The position numbers and the translations under genes are program-made. A DNA stretch of 64,000 bases from Diplonema japonicum (Eukaryota; Protista; Euglenozoa: Diplonemea): positions 21,862-85,861 of the forward strand of contig OZ025764.1 in assembly GCA_964019335.1 (NCBI GenBank). The letters run 5' to 3'. Positions 56,585 through 64,000 of this stretch are shown piece by piece. The notes under the pieces were generated by a model that saw only the letters and a list, made by a program, of their open reading frames with translations, did no database searches and had not been told where the DNA came from. Numbering within the stretch: position 1 is the first letter of the stretch; the number at the start of each line of letters is the position of its first letter.

Positions 56585-56756
56585 TATCCCCTACGCCCTC
56601 CTTCTCCTTCCCCCTTTTTGTGGTGGTGTATTGTTTAAATGCAAAGAAGATACAGGGTAATGAAAAGAAGGTAAAAGAAAGTGGGGTCGGGGAGAGCTGA
56701 AGGGGGATATGTCGACCTAGATCGAGCTCAACCCTTGACATATTTCTTTTTCTTCT

Positions 56757-59104
56757 TTTTGTGCGCACTTCATTACGCTGCCATCAACTAGTTTTTTTTA
56801 GTCGTGACAATAATATTGTTAAAACAAAAAAGAAACGAAAACAAAAAAAAAAGGATGTTTTTGAAGGGAACCTGCAGTATGTGACAGGATCGCCTAATGA
56901 CGCCTAATCTACACAGTGTTCCTTCCTTTTCTGTTGTGGTGTTCTCTTTGGCCTGTCGTAGTAGCAAGCGTGATTCTAGGAAAAAAAAAGGGGAGGGAAA
57001 GGCGATTCCCTCGAACAAGTTTCATATGAAGAATAGAATGGAAGAGAATGAAAAAAAAAAAGCACAAAGCGAGGGCGAAGAACAAAGTTCAAAAAAAAAG
57101 AGTTTTTTTTTTTTTTTTTTTTTTCTTTTCGCGCACACGGTGTATGCTGCCCACTTTTTTTTTTTTTTTTTTTTTTTGCTCTTACAAGAAAATGAAAGCA
57201 GGGCTTGTTAAATACAAAAAGAAATATGAGTTGAAGGAGGTCTTTGTTTGTACGTGCCGGGTAAAACCTGGAGAAGTTTGTCAACCCGAAACACGTTGCC
57301 AACGTTCCCCTTTTGTTTAGACTAGTCAAAGACTCGTTCTTGCAAAAAAAAAAAAAAAAAAAGGGAGGGAAGTTAATTTTATTCAATGGAAGGTGTACAC
57401 GCACCACCGTATCATATATCTTGACATGTAAAATGGGAAGAAAAAAAAAAAAAAAAGAGAGACATTTAAGGGTACCTGCGGTATGTGGCAGGGCGCCCTG
57501 CACAAAATGGGCATTGTAGCCCAAAATAGGCCAAAAATGGCAGTATTTTCCCCACCCCATTTTAATTGTGATAAAGAGCCCAAACCACCCAAAATGACCC
57601 CTTAAGTTTCACAGATTTCCCATCTGCGTCCATTTCTCGCTTTCTATTGAAGAAAACAAAAAAGGAATATGGAGCCTGGGTCATTTACAATTTCCGGATG
57701 CCAAAACTAAAAAAACCATTCTAAAAAGCATGTTTTTGCACGAGCGTTTTAGAAATGAAACAAACGGCGTGCATTGTGACCTATATGGTGTTCAAGCTTA
57801 GACTGCAACTGCACACAAAGTGGTGTCGGACTACTTTTGTACTTAGAAATTTTCCGAGGACTTTCCGTTGCAAAAGAGGGTCATTTGTTGACATTTTTTC
57901 CCGGACAAGCTCATATATGAGTTAAAGGAGGCCGGTGTTGGCGGCGCCCTGCACAAGCCCTGCACTGTCTACTTGATTACAGGGGGCGCTCCTCGGCCTA
58001 GCTGTAGCTTCTTCTGCATTCCGCGTCGTGTCCTTAATGCGTGCGGTGTACAGCTCAACCCCAGCCGGTGCGTCCCGGGTAACCAAGATTCTGCGCTCGT
58101 GCAGTTTGCTGCTTGTTCGTCACCCTGAGCATCTGCATGATGTTCTTCCACTCGGGCGCTACCGGTGATGACCGACGAGGAGGTCAACAGCGAACAAACT
58201 CGATGATTTAAAGGAAGCCGGTGGGGCACCCTGCACAAGCACCATTTACTTGATTTGTCTGTGGGGGCGCTCCTCGGCCTAGCTGTAGCTTCTTCTGCGT
58301 TCCGCGTCGTGTCCTTAATGCGTGCGGTGTGCAGCTCAACCCCAGCCGGGGCGCCCCGGGTAACCAAGATTCTGAGCCCGTGTAGTTTGCTGCCTGTTCG
58401 CCACCCAGAGCATCTGCTTCTTCCACTCGGGCGCTACCGGTGATGACCGACGAGGAGGTCAACAGCGAACAAATGTTTTTCTTATATTTTCATGTTATCC
58501 CCACCACCTTAAAAAAAAAAAACTAGTTTGGGCGCTTCATTTGTTTGTGCGCACGAGCGGAATTCTACCTTAAGAAATAGCTCATTACGCTGCCCGTCAA
58601 CTAGTTTTTAGTCTCGACAACAATTTTGACAATACATAATAACAAAAAAAAAATAATTCTTTATGACTATACGTCTTTGTTGTTGCACGAGCAAAAAAAA
58701 AAGAAAAAAGTTTTTTTAAAAGCTGTGTTGAAAGTCTTTTTGCTCGGCACAAGTTGCATATAGTTATAAAATCATTTCTTTTGAAAGATAAATGTTTGTA
58801 ACAAAAAAAAAAATGCCAACACTGCTGTTCGTTCCCCCAGGCCTCACCTATTTATGCCATAAAAAAAACAAGTTTCAAGGACAAAAAAAAAGTTGTCTCG
58901 ATTTTAGTGGTGCCATGCAGTATATGACACAGCGGCCACCCTTGTGAAACTTCGCCCCGAAGCCTCCTAAGTCCCCTGTGGTCCCGTAGAAAGTAAAAGT
59001 GGAGAGGTAAAGAAAGCTTGGAAATTGAAATAGGGAGAGGGGCCACAGAAGCAATTAAACACCAACTGGAGAGTTGTGGGAGGCTTGCTTCACTGGCACG
59101 ATGC
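56757..59104 (+). repeat. Large composite repeat cluster: H, D, C, D, MITE half, A, A, H, B
   Basis: H at 56757 and 58525; D at 56856 and 57459; C at 57241-57343; MITE-related sequence at 57700-57913; tandem A at 57922-58197 and 58208-58512; B at 58892-59104. Confidence 0.85.
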
Positions 59105-59250
59105 CGCGGAAAAAAAAAAAAAAAAACCAAAGCAAAAACAAAAACAAAAAAAAAAGTACGTATATATATAAGTTCAGTGTTTTTTTTTTTTTTAAAGTTC
59201 AATTTTCATATTCTTCCTTTCCCTTTTTTTTTTTTTTTTTTTTTTTTTTA

Positions 59251-59987
59251 TTTAATTCTGAGCAGCTCTCTTAAAGAACTTAGGCCGGAAGATATAAATC
59301 AGGTTTCACTTTATTTCACGGGCGTGAAATAAAGTATCTGATTTTTTCCTCATGTTTTTTTAAGCCAAACGTTGCTGGGTTTGCTGGGCGTGAAAATCAG
59401 GTACTTTATTTCACACCCACAGTCATTTCTAGCAAAATGGGAAAAAAACCGAAGGCGACCGGGAAGCGAGCCAAAGATTGATTGTCGCTCCTTGGAGCTC
59501 TGTGATCTCCTACTTCACTGCTGTCTTCTGTTCTGATCTATTTGGAACAGCTTTTTGTTTTGTTTTGTTAACAGAGAAGGAACCGCCCCACCTCCTCATT
59601 GGTTTTTTAGACAACGTACGCGGTAACCAGTAACCAGTTAACTCTTTTTCCACCCAAGTCGAATGTATGCAGAATTTCCACCACTGTTTACGGTAACCCA
59701 CTATAACTGGAGGAAAGGAAAGAAGAAGAAACCCAGTACCGTGTTCAGTAAAGAGTCGCATTGTGCCACTACAAGCATGCAGCAGCGAAGCCACACTCAG
59801 CACCCAAATTCTTTGCGAGAGCAGCTCATCATTAAATAAAATGCAGTATTGAATAAATCAGAGCATGATTTCACCTGTGGGGTCCCCTTTTTTGACTCGT
59901 TTTTTTTACTTCACTCGTGAAGTAAAATCACTCGTCAAAAAAAGGGGACCCCACGCGTGAAATCAGGCCATCTGATTTTCATTTAAT
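59251..59987. mobile_element. Fold-back / palindromic element remnant (module F)
   Basis: Hairpins at 59296-59344 and about 59866-59965 share aaatcag/ttcacg-cgtgaa motifs; the 5' part is repeated at 18688. Confidence 0.55.
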
Positions 59988-59995
59988 AAATAGCT

Positions 59996-60027
<32 letters not shown>

Positions 60028-60034
60028 CTGTGTT

Positions 60035-61597
60035 CTATTTTTTTATTTCACTTCGCTCTCTCAGCACTGTGATATATTTCACTGTGCTGTCAGAACTATA
60101 GACCTCGTCTGCGGCAACCAGCAAATCTGACTCGTACGAAGGAGGAAAATCAGTATTCGGCCGCGACTCGGGCGCCTCCCACCAACTTAGGCATGCAGCG
60201 TGCCCCCTTGACCCATCATTCCACAACACATCCCTTCTGGATATTCCATCCCCAGGAATGTACCTAGGGCTCCTGGGGAGAATCCTCTGGAGTCCAATAT
60301 GCATGTCACCCCACAGCTTCCAATTCACGTCCCTGTCATGGTACCGAAGCTTGTGGAGAGTCAGGTGAAAAGCTACGACCTTCCCATCTGGGCCGGTCTG
60401 CCCCATTACACCCCCGCAGGTTTCATTCTCCCGCCCGAGAAGAACAACAGGACCATGTCTCACGAAAGAGTCGTTCCCCATCATCCACCCTATCTGGAAG
60501 GTGTCCTTGTCGCCAGCTCCGATGGCAGCACTTCTTTTATACTCCTGGGGCAGTTTATAAATCGCAGGATAATAAGTTTTATGGTGGTAATTAAGGTATC
60601 CAGCACGGAGGAGTGACGCCCACCCTTTGTTCTCAGCACATGTTTTACACACCACAAACACCCCCGAGTCCTGACTGTACGCTGCATTGTGTATCGATAC
60701 ATGTAGCTGGCTGGGGTACTGCAGCACCTTCCATATAGGCGATGCCTCTACGAGGGACCACAAGTCGGAGAAGAAGACAGCCGTTTGCGGTGGTTGGAGG
60801 AATGAGAAGAATTCTTCCGGAGGGATGGCCGGGAAGCAGTCGTCGTCCAGGTACAGAACCTCCTGGAAGGAGGACAGCGCCACCACGAGGGGTTTTAACA
60901 TCACCATCCCTTGCTTGTCCCCGAGAACGGGGCCCTTCTCGTCGGTCCACCTGTTCTCCCAGTGGAAGTGTTTGTAGTGGCAGTCGTCGGGGATCTGCAT
61001 GAGGAACACATTGTCATCCTTCTGCCGTGCCACCATCTCGGGCCATCCGTCCACCGTCACCTCGTCTGCGAGGTACCAGATCTCCACAGGGAGCGTGCTG
61101 TGCAGGACCTTCCGGATGAACCGAACAACGAGCAGCGCCATTGCAAGCCGCTCCCCGCCAGAGTACAGCACAACCCCTTTCGTTTCTTGTCGTTGTTGCT
61201 GTTCCCGAGATGGAAACGGTGGTGGGGTGTACCGCATGGCGGCACGCAGGTCGTCCGTGTCTGTGGGAGCCTGTTGCTGCCAGGACCGCATGATCTGTTT
61301 GCACACAGCTGCGTGGTGTGGCTCGTGGTATGTGGGGAGCCCGGTTGTGTTCCTCGCCCTTTTGGGGGTAGGGGTGGGGGCGGCGGTGGGGTTGGCCGTT
61401 TGTGTAACTTCTACGCTGTAGTTTTCAGGTGGGTGTCGGTTAGTTGGGAGAGGTGCTTGGTTGTGATCCCTGACATGGTAGAGGGGGTGTGGCTGGGCAG
61501 AGCATTTCATGTTTGCAACCGTTTTCAGAATCGCAAGAAGAAGCACTATGGTCACTGCAGCAAAGGCTGCGAATAAGTTTTTCAGCTTGATGCCCAT
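60035..61597 (-). CDS. GT71 alpha-mannosyltransferase-like protein (copy 2)
   Basis: Paralog of 55067-56584 with the same motifs. Likely start MGIKLKN at 61597; an alternative ATG lies at 61633. Confidence 0.85.
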   Translation of the reverse strand: MGIKLKNLFAAFAAVTIVLLLAILKTVANMKCSAQPHPLYHVRDHNQAPLPTNRHPPENYSVEVTQTANPTAAPTPTPKRARNTTGLPTYHEPHHAAVCKQIMRSWQQQAPTDTDDLRAAMRYTPPPFPSREQQQRQETKGVVLYSGGERLAMALLVVRFIRKVLHSTLPVEIWYLADEVTVDGWPEMVARQKDDNVFLMQIPDDCHYKHFHWENRWTDEKGPVLGDKQGMVMLKPLVVALSSFQEVLYLDDDCFPAIPPEEFFSFLQPPQTAVFFSDLWSLVEASPIWKVLQYPSQLHVSIHNAAYSQDSGVFVVCKTCAENKGWASLLRAGYLNYHHKTYYPAIYKLPQEYKRSAAIGAGDKDTFQIGWMMGNDSFVRHGPVVLLGRENETCGGVMGQTGPDGKVVAFHLTLHKLRYHDRDVNWKLWGDMHIGLQRILPRSPRYIPGDGISRRDVLWNDGSRGHAACLSWWEAPESRPNTDFPPSYESDLLVAADEVYSSDSTVKYITVLRERSEIKK

Positions 61598-62380
61598 TCT
61601 CTCTCCTGTGCTGTACGGTTTGGTAGAAAGCATGAAGAGTGAAAAAAAAAAAAAAAAAAAAAGAAGATAAAAGAAAAGAAAAAAATTCACTATTTGATGC
61701 CACCCCAACAATGAGATGGGAAAAAAAAATGAAAAAAAAAAGAAGCGACCTACTAAAAATTATCATTCCATAGCTTGGTAGGTAAGTGGTTCATATCTCA
61801 ACACTCTCGTGCCGCCTTGCGGACGACTGACAACATGTTGAAGTAGCTTCACAGAGAAGCCAGTCTACATCCTTTCCCAACTCTTTTTCTTTTTTTTTTT
61901 TCCTTGAAGAAGGGGGTGTTAGGCTAGAGCTTGTTATTTACCGAAAGCCGCTTACTCCGTGAAGTTTCAGAAGAGTGAAATATTTATAAGAAAAAAAAAA
62001 TCATTCTTTTTCTTTTTTTTTTTTTTTTTTTTTTTTTAAAGGAGGGTCTTAGAAAGAAGAAAAAAAAAAAAATCATAACGCCACAGCAAGAAAAAAAAAG
62101 AAATGTGCAGCACTTACTAGCTAAAAAAAAAAAAAAAAAAAATAGGGACACAGTATCCAGGGATAACCGCTCACAGTCGGGTTTTGAAGAACACGACCCC
62201 GAGACCATAGATTTTTGATTTTTTTTCTTTTTTGAAGCTTCATCATGTGCAGAGGACATCGATAAGCTGAAGACCAAAGGCTGCTGTTTGCTCTTGTACT
62301 TTCGTCTTCGCCTGACAGGCACAGGTTAGTGTGCCGGTTATCCCTATTTACTATGCTAGGAGCCAAAAAGACGAGGAGAG

Positions 62381-62413
<33 letters not shown>

Positions 62414-62414
<1 letters not shown>

Positions 62415-62839
62415 AGTTTGACGCTTCATTTTGTTTGTGCGCCACGAGCGGAATCTTTTACCTAATAAAAAAAAAAAAAAATAGCTCATTACGCTGCCCA
62501 TCAAACCAGTGTTTTTTTAGTCTCCGACAATAATTATTGTTAAAAAAAAAAACAAAAACAAAAACAAAAAACAAAAAACAAAAAAAAAAAACCAAAACGA
62601 CAGTAATTTTTACCATATCTACTAACGAAACAATGGGGAAGGGGAGAGTTTATGTGGGGGGGGGGGAGGGGGGAAGACAGCTTTAAGAAACTAGCCTGTG
62701 ATCCCATTTTATTGTGTGAGTAAGTGTCACCCAAGGCCCAATTTTCCTTGAGGGTCCAAATTCTGTTGGCACGAGGGAGGGAGTATACGAATAGATCAAC
62801 CCAGACTTTTACATAGAATAGTGTTTTCTACCGATTTGC

Positions 62840-62875
<36 letters not shown>

Positions 62876-63728
62876 CAAATCACACTTATGTGGCTTCGAG
62901 TTTCTCTAACTGTATTTAAAAAAAAAAAAAAAAAGAGGAACTGGCCGTTGTTTGTACGTGCCGGAGGTGAGGGGCGCGAGTGCTTCCCGATGGGTACTCG
63001 AGGTCCGCGTATTGGACCAGATCATCCCAGTCTAGTGCCGTCATTTTGTTTGTACGTGCCGGGTAAAACCTGGAGAAGCTTGTCAACCCGAAACACGTTG
63101 CCAACGTTCCCCTTTTGTTTAGACAAGTCAAAGACTCGTTCTTGCAAAAAAAAAAAAAAAAAAAAAAAAAAAGAAAAAGAAAAAAAAAAAAAAAAAGAGA
63201 GAGCGAGACGGTTTGATTATTGTTTTGTGCCCAGTTGGGATTTACCTGTAGAAATGATAATCCCAACAATTTGCTACAACTACTCTGTTTCTTTTCCTTT
63301 TTTTTTTTCTTTTTAGCAATAACAATTCATTATCAATATATATATTCGAAAAAGAAGAGAAGCATAAAAAAAAAAAAAAAAAAAAAAAAAGAGACTATTT
63401 AAGGGTGCCTGCAGTATGTGGCAGGGCGCCTTGCACAAGTATCGTCTACTTTATTACAGGGGGCGCGCCTCGGCCTAGTTGTAGCTTCTTCTGCGTTCCG
63501 CGTCGTGTCCTTAATGCGTGCGGTGTGCAGCTCAACCCCATCCATGGCGCCCCTGGTAACCAAGATTCTGAGCCCGTGCAGTTTGCTGCCTGTTCGTCAC
63601 CCTGAGCATCTGCGATACGTTCTTCCACTCGGGCGCTACCGGTGATGACCGACGTGGAGGTCAACAGCGAACAACACATCTGATGTACTACTTTATATTT
63701 CCATATTTCTGTGTTATCCCCACCACCC
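62414..63728 (+). repeat. Cluster of modules H, interrupted C and D-A fusion
   Basis: H at 62414-62541; C at 62948-63145 with an insert; D fused to A at 63391-63728. Confidence 0.85.
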
Positions 63729-64000
63729 AAAAAAAAAAGGGCAGAGTATAAGGTAAAGAATTCCCCGTATATTCCTGCCACCCAGGTGTCAATTAGCTGT
63801 TCGACTACTTTTCATTTTTCAGAAAAAAAAAAAGGGATGCCGACCATCCCTTTGTGCGGAGCAAAGAATTCCTTTTCTACTCTACCTCTGCTAAGTTTTT
63901 TTTACAATTGTCATTTCTGCTTCTCGCACTTTTCTTTTTTTTTTTTTTTGGCCCCGAGACGAATAACCAAAAAACGACAGTTAAAAACCTATTATCTTCT

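Noticed and set aside
57970-58000. Minus-strand ggccgaggagcgccccctgtaatc resembling the 7SL/Alu 5' end
   Set aside because: The match is too short, and I could not find SRP S-domain features; an Infernal search would be needed.
57969-58462. ORFs recurring within module A copies
   Set aside because: Frames differ between copies because of indels, so there is no sign of coding constraint.

Overview
This is eukaryotic genomic DNA, most consistent with a euglenozoan protist, probably a diplonemid (inference). The evidence is about 18 apparently intron-less genes all on the minus strand (polycistron-like), kinetoplastid-type class III adenylate cyclases, secreted CAZymes, Pro/Thr-linker proteins, and AT-rich spacers full of homopolymer tracts. 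The window opens with a >2300-aa NO VEIN/sacsin-like GHKL ATPase (6933 to beyond position 1), absent from the ORF track because it has no stop inside the window. Other genes: a PAN-domain GH116 glycosidase, a cyclase-dead receptor and an active adenylate cyclase, an LRR-multi-TM receptor, PLAT, ankyrin, Ubl-LRR, trypsin-like and CBM1-like proteins. There are three paralog pairs (CAP/SCP, GH78, GT71); the GH78 and GT71 pairs show patchwork identity. The spacers hold at least seven short repeat modules that recombine in different orders and, as far as I can see by eye, all lie in one orientation. They also hold a TA-flanked MITE, a fold-back element, a probable LINE 3' fragment and an 81-nt insert flanked by a 17-bp direct repeat. 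I found no rRNA, tRNA or CRISPR array. All calls are by eye, without database searches.
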